A stretch of DNA of 64,000 nt from an uncultured Clostridia bacterium (GCA_944376905.1 CALWEA010000001.1:72610-136609); one strand, 5' to 3'; numbered from the stretch's first letter, positions 18,917 through 29,219 are shown. Program-made: numbers and translations. Notes: a model not told the origin generated them from the letters alone.

Positions 18917-21304
18917 ATGAGAATTATTAATAAAAGTTTATTTTTTAATATGGTAGTCTTACTTGTTGTAGTAACTTGTGGTCTTTTTTTGACGCTTGTT
19001 TTATTTGATGTAGATGAAATAAATAATAAAAACAAAAATTTAACCTTTTGCAACTCTTTTAATATTTGCGAAAATAATAATTTTAACAACAATACCAATT
19101 ATTATAAAAATTCATCTTTTAACAATTTAAATTCCTTTAAATCAAATTTAAATAATATTAGTTTTAATAGTGGAGATAATGTAATAGATAATTCTAGTTT
19201 TAAAAATTATAGTTTTGATGATTGTAAAAAAGATTGTAATTCTACAGATAAATGTATTAAAAATTTTAATATAAATCTTGCCGAAGAAGTAAACTATAAT
19301 AGTAGTTTAGAAATTGAAAAAAATAGTAATATTTTTAACAATAATGATATTTCTAAAAATGAAATAAGTTTAAGAATTGATAATAATGAAGATAATATTC
19401 CACCAAATGTAGATTTTGGTGACCAATATGGCGTTATTTATATTCAACAAAATTCTGTTTTTGTTATGGATCCAATATTTTATGATAACGATATTGTAAT
19501 TGAAGATTATGTTCTTAATAATGATTTTGACTTGGCGAATAATCCTGATAATAATTTGGGATATGCGTTAACGTATGCAATTTATGCAATACCTGAAAAT
19601 GTTGTTATTGTTAACAATAATATTGATTTTAATCAATTACAACTTATAGATGTTTCACAAGTTTTAACTCATGAAATTGGGGAACAATACTATCTTGTAT
19701 ATATCGCACAAGATAATGCAAAAAATATTTCATCTTTAAACATTTTAAAAGTTGAAGTTGTTGGTGAAGAAATAAATAGTGATGATGTTGATATAAATTT
19801 GTTTAATAAAATAAAAAGTATGGTTGAAGCAGAAACCGGAAATAAAAGAGATTGTCTTTTTTCTTCTGATTTAGTTATTTTAAATAAAAGAGTTTTTGAT
19901 TTTACAAATTGCAATATATCTTCGGTTAAGGGTATTAACTTGTTTGATTTCACAGGTATTGAAGTTCTTAACTTGGCGTGTAATTTATTAGATGAAAATA
20001 GTTTGCTAAAACTAAATCCTTTATCTCGAACATTCTCAAATATGAAAATTTATCTTATGTTTAATAAAGTTTTAACGCAAGATATTTATGAGAAAAATAT
20101 TATTCTTGGTGTTCAAAATTTAAGAAAATTTTATTTAAATGAAAGCCCTGATGTGACTTATCAAATATATGATGATTATAAAGAATTTTTTGATTATTAT
20201 ATTTATTATAAGTCTGGATTAGATGGAAGCACATTGTTTTCTGCACAACTAACAAGTGATTCATTCCCTCAAACTGGTTATTATCTTTTGAAATTTGTTT
20301 CAAAAGATATGAGTATTTTTATAACTTATGAAATTGTTTATGGTAGTATTTCTCTCTACAATCAACAATTAACAGTTGAAGCGGGAAGTAATTTTGTTGC
20401 AGAAGCATTAAAATTTAGTGCGGGACTTTCTTCTAAAGATTTTTTAGTTGAAGTTGTAACAAGCGATGGGGAAATTTTCAAAACAAACAAAACTGGTGAG
20501 TATTTGTTAACATACAATGTTTTTGAAAAAAATTTAAACAATCAGTTTCAAGAAACAAAAGGTAATTTTGTTATTGCTTTAAGCCAAACAATCATTGTTG
20601 TTGATACCACTGGCCCAGTTATAACTCCTGTCGATAATGAATCTTATTGTTATATTGGCAATGAGTATATTGACAGTGGCGCCACGGCGGTTGATTTTGT
20701 TGATGGTGATTGTCAAATTGAAATTACTGGAAATGTTGATACGAGTTGCGTTGGAGACTATATATTAACCTACAAATCTTACGATTTAAAGGGTAATGTT
20801 TCAACATTAGATAAAGTTGTTCATGTTATTTATCCAGTTATAACTAAGATTAATATTGAATATGACAATTCAAAAACTTATCATGTAAACGAAGATGTTG
20901 AATTTGTTATAACTTTTTATTCAAACGAAATGCAAATCCCAGGCAGTGCATTCACATATTCGATTTATGTTGATGAACAATTCGTTAAAACTTGCAATAC
21001 AAATTCTTTTTCTCTTTCTTTTAAAGAATCTGGGAGAAGTGTTATAACTATTAGTCTACAAAGTTTTGATGATGAAGGTCATTTATATACTTTTTCGCAC
21101 AAACAAAATTTTGAATTTAAAGATGATATATGGTGGGGAGAAAATTGGATTTTAGGGGCTTGTATTGTTATTATAGTAATCTTTATTATTAGTTCAGGAA
21201 TTTATGCGTTTTATGTTATTAATAATTATGTTTTCAAATCTTATTGTTTTTGTGGGGTGAACGTAAATGAAAAAAGAAAAAAAATTAAAATTAGGAAAAA
21301 ATAA
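18917..21304 (+). CDS. Surface protein with LRR-like segment and DUF5011-type Ig-like domain, N- and C-terminal TM segments
   Basis: N-terminal TM helix MVVLLVVVTCGLFLTLVLF and an N/S-rich low-complexity region. LRR-like ISSVKGINLFDFTGIEVLNLACNLL. DTTGPVITPV...YIDSGATAVDFVDGDCQIEITGNVDTSCVGDYILTYKSYDLKGNVS matches the DUF5011/HYR-like Ig pattern. C-terminal TM helix ILGACIVIIVIFIISSGIYAFYVI. Confidence 0.65.
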   Translation: MRIINKSLFFNMVVLLVVVTCGLFLTLVLFDVDEINNKNKNLTFCNSFNICENNNFNNNTNYYKNSSFNNLNSFKSNLNNISFNSGDNVIDNSSFKNYSFDDCKKDCNSTDKCIKNFNINLAEEVNYNSSLEIEKNSNIFNNNDISKNEISLRIDNNEDNIPPNVDFGDQYGVIYIQQNSVFVMDPIFYDNDIVIEDYVLNNDFDLANNPDNNLGYALTYAIYAIPENVVIVNNNIDFNQLQLIDVSQVLTHEIGEQYYLVYIAQDNAKNISSLNILKVEVVGEEINSDDVDINLFNKIKSMVEAETGNKRDCLFSSDLVILNKRVFDFTNCNISSVKGINLFDFTGIEVLNLACNLLDENSLLKLNPLSRTFSNMKIYLMFNKVLTQDIYEKNIILGVQNLRKFYLNESPDVTYQIYDDYKEFFDYYIYYKSGLDGSTLFSAQLTSDSFPQTGYYLLKFVSKDMSIFITYEIVYGSISLYNQQLTVEAGSNFVAEALKFSAGLSSKDFLVEVVTSDGEIFKTNKTGEYLLTYNVFEKNLNNQFQETKGNFVIALSQTIIVVDTTGPVITPVDNESYCYIGNEYIDSGATAVDFVDGDCQIEITGNVDTSCVGDYILTYKSYDLKGNVSTLDKVVHVIYPVITKINIEYDNSKTYHVNEDVEFVITFYSNEMQIPGSAFTYSIYVDEQFVKTCNTNSFSLSFKESGRSVITISLQSFDDEGHLYTFSHKQNFEFKDDIWWGENWILGACIVIIVIFIISSGIYAFYVINNYVFKSYCFCGVNVNEKRKKIKIRKK

Positions 21305-23114
21305 AAATATAACAAATTTGTTTTCTAAATCTTATGGTCAAAACAATTTGAATAATAATTTGGAGAAAAGTGATGCAATTTTTGTTGCAGATTTTTATAA
21401 TCATTTTTTTCAAATTGATGACAATCTTAAATTTAGTGATACGACTAAAAGTGGTAAAATTTTTGAACAAGACGACAATTACACAAATAATCAATTTGAT
21501 TCAATTCCAGACAATATAAGTAAAAGTTCTCAAAACCCTATTGATTCAGGTAATTCAATTAATAATAACAATACAGACAATTCTATTGATAATACAAAAA
21601 CTTCAACTTCCAATAATCATAATAATTCGCTAAATGAACAAACAATTGAAGAAACGGCTAATGATGATAAAAGTAAAATCAACCTTTCATCTGTTGACGA
21701 CTATGCTAACAAACTTGCTCGTTTTGAAATGGAAGAAAGTTTTTTGTTGGGTGAGTTTGATAAAGATGGTAATTATGTTATCAATGAAGAAATTAAGAAA
21801 GAATTAATTGAAGTAGATAAGGTTGTTGAAAATAAAAATAATGATGGATATTATGCTATTGCGAATTGTGGGAATATAAAATTAGAGTTTATTGTTACTG
21901 TTAGAAGTATTCAAGATGCCGATGCAAAAATTTGTCGTGTTGCACAACTTAAATTGTTAGAATATTATGTTGCACAAAACAAAAAAATTAAATTTTTAAA
22001 TTTAATTGCAACTTTTCAAGATTATGATTCACCAAATTTTTTATTTAAAGTTAAATCTGCTTTTCATTTATATTCCAAAGCGGAAAGTGGGGATAAGACT
22101 TTAAAAAATTTATCTAAAGTTGAAAAAACATTGGCTCGCTTGAAAAATAGATTTACGCTAATAGAAATAAATACAATCAAAAAAGAAAGTGTTGAGTTGA
22201 AATATTTGACAGAAATTAAAAAGATATTAAATGAAACACCAGAAGGCGCAAAAATTGTTAAACGGTATCAACAAATTGCTCAACTTAATAATATAAACCA
22301 AAATAATAAAAAAGAACTTCCTAAACTTCGCTACATTCTTGATAAAATCTTAAATGAAGCGATTGCTCAAAAACTTCTAAATGAAGAAACAACAAATAAA
22401 ATTAATAAGTGTAGAGAAATTTTTGTTGTTGAATTAAACAACACCCACAATAAATTTATTGACTTAAAAATACCAGAAAATAAAACTGAAATGTTGAAAA
22501 CACAAACCAATACAAAATCTTCTAATCAAGGTGAAAAAAGTGGTGGTTCATCTGCTGGCGGAGGTGGTGGCGGTGGTTCTTCTAAAAGTTCCTCTGGTGG
22601 CGGTGGGGGAAATGGTGGCAATAAACAAGAGTCTAAAAAAGATAAAAATAAAGAATCAAATGCGGGCATTTTTGGAAGTTTAACGAATAGGTTAACTGGC
22701 ATGAAAAACGGTATTGAAGAAAAACTTGAAACGGTTAAATCTTCTTTGGATAAAAATGTTAAACCAAATATAAAAACAGGACCACAAATAATACAATCAA
22801 ATGTTGGTGTTAACTTAGATTTAAAATTGCCTCATATTCCTAATTTACAAGAACTAGATGAAATGAAAAATATTATTGAAGAAAACATATCATTAAAAAC
22901 AAAAATTAATGATATAAACGTTGAAAAAGTTTTGAATCCTGTTGATATTGAAAAAGTTGAAATGATATTAAACAAAAACGAGGAGCATAATATTGATAAA
23001 GGACTTGAATTTTCTCAAATAATTTTTTCTTCTATAAAATCAACAACGGTTGTTCAAGAAGTTAATGTTTCTAAAAGTAAAGTAAATAGTCAAGAAAGTG
23101 AAATGAGTAAGTAA
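21267..23114 (+). CDS. Hypothetical soluble protein with poly-Gly/Ser linker
   Basis: 615-aa ORF with no signal peptide. A GC-rich island encodes SGGSSAGGGGGGGSSKSSSGGGGGNGGN. It overlaps the previous gene by 38 nt in the +1 frame. Confidence 0.5.
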   Translation: MKKEKKLKLGKNKNITNLFSKSYGQNNLNNNLEKSDAIFVADFYNHFFQIDDNLKFSDTTKSGKIFEQDDNYTNNQFDSIPDNISKSSQNPIDSGNSINNNNTDNSIDNTKTSTSNNHNNSLNEQTIEETANDDKSKINLSSVDDYANKLARFEMEESFLLGEFDKDGNYVINEEIKKELIEVDKVVENKNNDGYYAIANCGNIKLEFIVTVRSIQDADAKICRVAQLKLLEYYVAQNKKIKFLNLIATFQDYDSPNFLFKVKSAFHLYSKAESGDKTLKNLSKVEKTLARLKNRFTLIEINTIKKESVELKYLTEIKKILNETPEGAKIVKRYQQIAQLNNINQNNKKELPKLRYILDKILNEAIAQKLLNEETTNKINKCREIFVVELNNTHNKFIDLKIPENKTEMLKTQTNTKSSNQGEKSGGSSAGGGGGGGSSKSSSGGGGGNGGNKQESKKDKNKESNAGIFGSLTNRLTGMKNGIEEKLETVKSSLDKNVKPNIKTGPQIIQSNVGVNLDLKLPHIPNLQELDEMKNIIEENISLKTKINDINVEKVLNPVDIEKVEMILNKNEEHNIDKGLEFSQIIFSSIKSTTVVQEVNVSKSKVNSQESEMSK

Positions 23115-23412
23115 TGTTAATTGGGTTATATATAATATTTTAGGCAATAAAATATGAAAGGTTTTTAATAAAGACATGATTAGCATAGAAAAATCATATA
23201 AAAATGTTTTGGGTAAAAATTACTTAATTAAAATTAACATAATGAAACTGATTAAACAATTAAGTAATAAACATTGAATTTGTTATTTATTTTGTAGTTT
23301 TTGTTTAAAAAAAAATAATTTTAAATTTGAGCATTGCAATATTGAAAATTTTGTGTTATATAATGTATATAATTAAATATTTAAAATAAAATATTTAATA
23401 AGGAGATAAACA

Positions 23413-23853
23413 GTGAAAAATAAAGATGATGATTTAATTTCGATTAGGTATGTAGTAGGGGATAACAATAAAAAAGAGACGATTTTAGTTAAACTTGATA
23501 AAAAAAACAAAAAGATTTATGTTGGGGCGAAAAAAGAAATAACTTTAGAAAAGTTAAAATCTTTGGATAAGGAAAGAGTTGAAGCTGTTTCACAATTAAT
23601 ATTTGAAACCAATCATAAATGGTGGAAGGCAAATCAAGAAGGTATGTATGGAGAAGAAAGAGTTTTAATGGAAATTATAAACCGTTTAAAAATGGAAGAA
23701 GAAAAACTATTGGAAATTCTTAATGGCCCAGATGAATGTTATATTATAGAAAGATGTATATTGTGCCAAAAACTTAAAGAACTCGTAGAAAATAGTCAAT
23801 TTTCAGAAGCCAGAATGCCTAAAATTAATAGAGAAGATTTGTTTGTAAAATAA
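23413..23853 (+). CDS. Hypothetical protein
   Basis: GTG start 6 nt after AAGGAGA. 146 aa, soluble. Confidence 0.5.
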   Translation: MKNKDDDLISIRYVVGDNNKKETILVKLDKKNKKIYVGAKKEITLEKLKSLDKERVEAVSQLIFETNHKWWKANQEGMYGEERVLMEIINRLKMEEEKLLEILNGPDECYIIERCILCQKLKELVENSQFSEARMPKINREDLFVK

Positions 23854-24134
23854 TTTGAATTATTGTTTAAATTAAATGCAATTTAGTTGTTTTACATAAT
23901 CTTTAATTATCTTTGTAATTAAAATAATATTGAAATTTTTTATTGTTAAAAAAGCAAAAACGCTATTATTATTGTAGTGTTTTTTTATTTGATTATAAAT
24001 AGAAATTGAGGTATTGAAATATTTATAACAATGTGGTATAATCATTTAACATTTAAATAGTTATTATCAATTTAATGTAGTTAAAAATTATTTATTAAAA
24101 TATTTATAAATTTATAAATATAAAAGGAATGATT

Positions 24135-24773
24135 ATGGAAAAAATTGAGTGTAAAAAGGAATATCTTGCGAATTTGATGTTAAAACAAAATTCTATTAAT
24201 AAATCTATTTCAAAAAATAGTTTAATTTATGATGTTCGTCACTTGTTTCAAACTGCTATTTTCTTGATTTGTGCATATCTTGGAACTAAATATGGTTTAT
24301 CTCAAAGTTTAAAAAATCAATTATATGACGAAGTTTCAAAAGGTGTTGCTTCAACTATACAAAATAATTATAACGGTTTAAAAATTGAAGTTGGCAGTTC
24401 TGCAACAGGTTATGATTTTCAAGAACATTTAGCATCACTTTATCAGCATGTTGAAAATTCATTTAATTATCAAATTTTGTCTCCTGAACAATTTGATTCT
24501 TATTCAAGATTTCTTGACGCTTATCCAGTATATAAAGAATATATTGCTCAAGTTTTTCAAAACATAGATTTTTATGCCGTATCTGATAATATTAACACTA
24601 TGGCAAACGGGGCTATGGGGGCTGTTTTTGTTTTGTGCTTAATGTTGATTATTAATGATAAGTTAAATCAACATCGCCAAAAAGAAGAATTAAATAGAGT
24701 TAATAAAAAAATAAAAAATTTAAATTTAGAAATATCTCAATTGGAAAATGGTGAAGTAAGTCTATCTAAATAA
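24135..24773 (+). CDS. Hypothetical 2-TM membrane protein
   Basis: ATG 24135 is better spaced from AAAGGA than the listed 24129. TM helices are LFQTAIFLICAYLGTKYGL and AMGAVFVLCLMLII, with a coiled-coil-like C-tail. Confidence 0.5.
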   Translation: MEKIECKKEYLANLMLKQNSINKSISKNSLIYDVRHLFQTAIFLICAYLGTKYGLSQSLKNQLYDEVSKGVASTIQNNYNGLKIEVGSSATGYDFQEHLASLYQHVENSFNYQILSPEQFDSYSRFLDAYPVYKEYIAQVFQNIDFYAVSDNINTMANGAMGAVFVLCLMLIINDKLNQHRQKEELNRVNKKIKNLNLEISQLENGEVSLSK

Positions 24774-25056
24774 ATTTTTTAATAAAATTTCAAATTTAAT
24801 TATTTATTTTTAAAATATAAAAATAGAAATCAAATTTTCTTATAATAATAAATTATAAAAAATAACTTTAAACAATTTTAAATGTATGGTTAGAGTATTG
24901 ATTCTATTGATATCATTATTGTCGTTAATATTTAAATGTAAAGTTTAAAAAATAAAAAAAACATAATAGAAATAATTATAAGAAAAAATATATAATAGAA
25001 ATAAAAAAAACAAAATAATTGTTGAATATAGTTGTATTTAAAAAAGGATTATTTTA

Positions 25057-25521
25057 ATGTCAAAATTAAGTAAATTAAAAGCATTACAAAATCAAATTTA
25101 TGATGATGGCTATAATGTAAAACGAGCAAATAAAAAAATTATGAAGGAATGTATAAAAGGGTCTGTTATTGGTGCCTTTTTGGCATTTGCTGTTGGAGAA
25201 GTTGCTAAGAGTTTGCATTTTTTAAAACACTATTCTCAATTAAACGAATTAAAGCAAGGTTATCTTTTAAATTTTTATGAAAAAATTAATCCGGAAAATG
25301 TTAATATGGATAGATATATGCAAATGTTAGAAGAATTAAAATCTTATGCAGAATATCAAGTTTTTCAAATAGATAATTTTCCAAAATTTCAAGCAATGTT
25401 AGGGCTTTCTATATTTGGTATTGTTTCTTTTTCTTTTCTGTTTAAAGCGTATTTAGATTATCGAGCAGAGAAAAATAAATACACAATTTCAAAGCGAAAA
25501 TTTTGGGAAAAAATAAAATAA
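25057..25521 (+). CDS. Hypothetical 2-TM membrane protein (same topology as 24135..24773)
   Basis: TM helices are GSVIGAFLAFAVGEVA and MLGLSIFGIVSFSFLF. AAAGGA sits 9 nt upstream of the start. Confidence 0.5.
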   Translation: MSKLSKLKALQNQIYDDGYNVKRANKKIMKECIKGSVIGAFLAFAVGEVAKSLHFLKHYSQLNELKQGYLLNFYEKINPENVNMDRYMQMLEELKSYAEYQVFQIDNFPKFQAMLGLSIFGIVSFSFLFKAYLDYRAEKNKYTISKRKFWEKIK

Positions 25522-25542
25522 TTACATAAAAATGAGGATGTT

Positions 25543-26604
25543 ATGGAAATTAAAAATAAATATAGAGAATTTATAAAATTAAGTAAAGATATTTGTTTAA
25601 AATCACATTCTGGAACAAATGTTCAAAATGAATTTTTAAAGTATATGGGAGGATATGTTTTTAGAGATATATCTTATTTTGCTTTTTTTCTTATTCATTT
25701 GAAAAGTTTTGAGCCAATAAATACTGAAACTGGAAATAGAGAGGATGATGACAACAAAATTAGGAGATTTTGTAAAATTGAATTAGATAACGGTTTGATT
25801 ATTGAGGTTGAATCATATTTTAATCTTATGCAATCAAATGCTTATAGTTATTCTTGTGAGAATAATCCTTACACAAGTTTTACTCCTAAAAAACAAGATG
25901 CTGGCAGTTGTTTGACATTTTATATAAAAAATCCTAAATTAAATCCTGATGAATGCGAAAAGATAATAACATTTTTTGTTAATCCTATGCCTTATTACAT
26001 AAAAAAAGAACAAGACGATTTCAAAACTAATAATATTCCAGAATATGTAATTGTTGTTTCAACATTTTCTAAAAATGGTAATCCTTTATTTGAATATTAT
26101 TTAAACAACGAACATGTGGGTTTTGCTATATCAGAAAATATTATTCCTAAAAAAAGATTATTTTTTAAAAAGAAGAAATTAAGTAATTTTTATAGAAATC
26201 TTGTTGTAACCAAAGGGGAATTGACAAACCAAGGACAAGATTTTTGTTTGTCAGATAACGACTATTATGAAGTGATGTTTGATATTAATCTGGAAAATAT
26301 TGAGTTTTTGGAACCATTAATGTTGTTAACGGCGATGATGGAAAATAATTATAAACATAATGCATTTTATGATTTTGCTAATATTAATTTTGATAAAATA
26401 AAATTTACTAAAATTACCGCTCCTGAATTTAAAGAAAATTTACATGTTTTTTATAAAGATAAGTATAAAGAATTAACAGGTTTTCTTGCTGAACCAGATG
26501 AAAAATATGGTGCATTGCATACCTTTCATTTTGAAGAATGCACAAATATAGATGGTGTTAAAAATGATGACCGACAAAAAAAGTTTATAATTGAAAAAAT
26601 ATAA
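25543..26604 (+). CDS. Hypothetical soluble protein
   Basis: Starts 21 nt after the previous stop, with GAGGA 5 nt upstream. 353 aa, no family recognised. Confidence 0.55.
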   Translation: MEIKNKYREFIKLSKDICLKSHSGTNVQNEFLKYMGGYVFRDISYFAFFLIHLKSFEPINTETGNREDDDNKIRRFCKIELDNGLIIEVESYFNLMQSNAYSYSCENNPYTSFTPKKQDAGSCLTFYIKNPKLNPDECEKIITFFVNPMPYYIKKEQDDFKTNNIPEYVIVVSTFSKNGNPLFEYYLNNEHVGFAISENIIPKKRLFFKKKKLSNFYRNLVVTKGELTNQGQDFCLSDNDYYEVMFDINLENIEFLEPLMLLTAMMENNYKHNAFYDFANINFDKIKFTKITAPEFKENLHVFYKDKYKELTGFLAEPDEKYGALHTFHFEECTNIDGVKNDDRQKKFIIEKI

Positions 26605-26786
26605 TGTCTTGATTGTTGAGAATAATATAAATTATTTAATTTTTTTATAATTTTATAAATTATTTTGATTATGATAATTAAATTTAATTTCAAACATACC
26701 TTTATATAAACCATATTTCATATTTTGGATTATGGTTTTTTATTTGATTTTTTATACTTTTTTTGTTATAATCTAAGATAAATAAA

Positions 26787-26828
26787 ATTATAGTAATTAA
26801 ATTATAGTAATTAAATTATAGTAATTAA
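26787..26828. repeat. 14-bp perfect tandem repeat x3 (attatagtaattaa)
   Basis: Copies at 26787..26800, 26801..26814 and 26815..26828. Confidence 0.85.
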
Positions 26829-26937
26829 ATAAAGAATAATTAAATATCAAATAATTAAATATTAAATAATTAAATAAAAATAATTTAAATTATAAATAAT
26901 TTGAATTATAAATAATTTTAAGAAGAGGAGGTTGTTT

Positions 26938-27489
26938 ATGTCTTGGGACGCTTATAATAAAAAAAGAAAGGCATTAAAAGAACTTGCAGAAAAAGCAAGT
27001 GAATTGGCTGAAAATAAAAACAAAACAAAAAGTTCTAATTCCAAATTAAAAAATGAAGCAACAAAAAAAATTAAAAACACCACTAAAAAAACCCATGTAG
27101 GTATAATAATAAGTGTAATTATTTTCGCTTTAATTGGAATTGGAGGAGGTATTTTTGCTTCTCATAAAATTTGTGAAAATGATTGTTTTTATGTTATAGG
27201 CGAAAAAAATATAGAACTTTTTGTTGGTGATGATTTTGATTTTAAAGATGAGGGTGTTAAAATTATTTCTTTTGGTAGGGATATATCCAATAAAGTTAAT
27301 ATAAAAACAAATTTAACAAAAGATTCTCAGGGTAATTATGTTGTTGATACTTCTGTTGAAGGGGAATATTACATTATCTACACTATTGATGATATTAAAT
27401 ATGGTAATATACAAAAAGTTAGAACTATTTCCATACTTCCTACTGAGTCATCAATAGACAATCAATCTACGGAGGTGGAAAATGGCTAA
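26938..27489 (+). CDS. Membrane-anchored protein with Ig-like (DUF5011-like) ectodomain
   Basis: ATG 26938 lies 6 nt after GAGGAGG; the listed TTG 26932 abuts the RBS. TM helix VGIIISVIIFALIGIGGGIFA. The segment GEKNIELFVGDDFDFKDEGVKIISFGRDISNKVNI...EGEYYIIYTI is Ig-like. Confidence 0.6.
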   Translation: MSWDAYNKKRKALKELAEKASELAENKNKTKSSNSKLKNEATKKIKNTTKKTHVGIIISVIIFALIGIGGGIFASHKICENDCFYVIGEKNIELFVGDDFDFKDEGVKIISFGRDISNKVNIKTNLTKDSQGNYVVDTSVEGEYYIIYTIDDIKYGNIQKVRTISILPTESSIDNQSTEVENG

Positions 27490-28594
27490 GAAAGAATTTT
27501 CTGTTTTTAAATTAGTTTTTTGCAGTTTTCTTGCTTTGATTGTTGGTTTTATTGTAGGATTTTGTGTGTATTCTTATATTAAATTTCCTAATCCTTCTGT
27601 TGATAGTGATAAATATGTTAGTGGAGATTTGCAAATACATTTTTTAGAATTTAACAATAAATATTGCGGTGATTGTACATATATTAAGGCTGGTGATATT
27701 GATATTTTAATTGATGCGGGGTCCAGAACGTATAATGAAAATATTGATTTAATTGAAACTTATTTAAATAATTATGTTGAAGATAACAAATTGGAATTTG
27801 TTATTGCAACTCACGCCGATAGAGACCATATTGCTTGTTTTGGAACTAGTGTTAATATGGAAAGTTTGTTTGATAGATTTGAAATTGGAACAATTATAGA
27901 TTTTCCAAAAACCAATAAAGACACTGATGTTTATAATAATTATATTCGTGAACGTGATGATGCGGTGAGTAGAGGTGCAACTCATTATACTGCTCTTGAA
28001 TGTTGGAAAGAAATTAATGGTGCTCAAAAGGTTTATGAATTAACTGATGGAATAGAAATGCAAATTTTATATAATTACTATTACGAAAATCAATCTAGTG
28101 ACGAAAACAACTATTCAGTTTGTTTGTTGTTTAAACAGGGTGATAAAAATTTTCTTTTTACGGGTGATTTAGAAAAAGAGGGCGAGGAATATCTTGTTCA
28201 ATATAATGATTTGCCGGAAGTGGAACTGTTTAAAGCGGGGCATCACGGCTCTCCAACATCTTCCAATGATTGTTTGCTTGATGTTATAAAACCTAAAATT
28301 TGCGTTGTTTGTTGTTGTGCAGGAAGTTCGGAATATACAGATAATATCCTTAATCAATTTCCATCTCAGGCATTTATAAACAGAATTTCAAAACATACCG
28401 ATAAAGTTTATGTTACTTCTTTGTGTATTGATTATGATGCTGGTGAGTTTACATCTTTTAACGGAAATGTTGTTATAACTTCTAACAAGCGAGGAGTTGA
28501 AGTTAATTGTAGTGGAAGTAATCAAGTGTTGAAAGATAGTGAATGGTTTAAAGAATTTAGAGAAATTCCTTCTTCTTGGCAAAATACCGCCTAA
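27482..28594 (+). CDS. Membrane-anchored ComEC-type metallo-beta-lactamase-fold hydrolase
   Basis: N-terminal TM helix. DILIDAGSR, VIATHADRDHI (H-x-D-x-D-H variant) and FKAGHHGSPTSSN match the MBL domain of ComEC/Rec2-like proteins. Overlaps the upstream gene by 8 nt, with GGAGGTGG as RBS. Confidence 0.7.
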   Translation: MAKKEFSVFKLVFCSFLALIVGFIVGFCVYSYIKFPNPSVDSDKYVSGDLQIHFLEFNNKYCGDCTYIKAGDIDILIDAGSRTYNENIDLIETYLNNYVEDNKLEFVIATHADRDHIACFGTSVNMESLFDRFEIGTIIDFPKTNKDTDVYNNYIRERDDAVSRGATHYTALECWKEINGAQKVYELTDGIEMQILYNYYYENQSSDENNYSVCLLFKQGDKNFLFTGDLEKEGEEYLVQYNDLPEVELFKAGHHGSPTSSNDCLLDVIKPKICVVCCCAGSSEYTDNILNQFPSQAFINRISKHTDKVYVTSLCIDYDAGEFTSFNGNVVITSNKRGVEVNCSGSNQVLKDSEWFKEFREIPSSWQNTA

Positions 28595-28850
28595 CTAACA
28601 TCTTAAATAAAACAAGTTTTTAAAAATAAAAAAAGTTATTAAAATATATATTTGCTAAAATTAATATAAAATAAAAGGGAACTTTACTTTATATGTTTAG
28701 TTTCTTTTTTTATTATGCTATTTTCAAAATGATAAAAACTTTTTTTTAATTAATAAAAAAATTTAGAATTAGTCTATTCTTTTTGAAACTAATATAAAAA
28801 GGAATTTTAATTTTAGTTGTAGAGTTCCGTTATTTTATTCTGCTAGTTTT

Positions 28851-28871
28851 AAAAGGGCTAGCCCTTTTTTT
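28851..28871 (+). terminator. Terminator-like hairpin AAAAGGGCTAGCCCTTTTTTT
   Basis: GGG/CCC stem around CTAG, flanked by A4 and T7. It ends the second copy of a duplicated ~90-nt module. Confidence 0.5.
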
Positions 28872-29114
28872 AGAGTTTTTCCATTAATTTTATGAGTTTA
28901 CAATGGTTTGATTTTATATAAATTATTAATTGTCTTAGTTGTTTATTTTAATGTATTTTTAAAAATGCCTTTTCGCGTTAATCTTTACATATTATTTATA
29001 ATTTTCTATTAACCAAATATATTTTTTATTATTTGAATACAAAATTTTATATTAATTGTTTTAAAATTTTCAACATAAATTTGATTTATGCTCTATTTTA
29101 TTTTTATTATTTAA

Positions 29115-29142
29115 TTGACAAAATTTTTAATTTATTTATAAT
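29115..29142 (+). promoter_or_regulatory. Consensus sigma-A-type promoter (TTGACA-16-TATAAT)
   Basis: TTGACA at 29115..29120 and TATAAT at 29137..29142, about 78 nt upstream of ATG 29220. Confidence 0.5.
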
Positions 29143-29219
29143 AATTAATTATAACTTATAGTATGGTGCATTTTTAATTTAGAAATTTTTGGATTTTTGC
29201 TATTTTAAAAGGAATGTTT

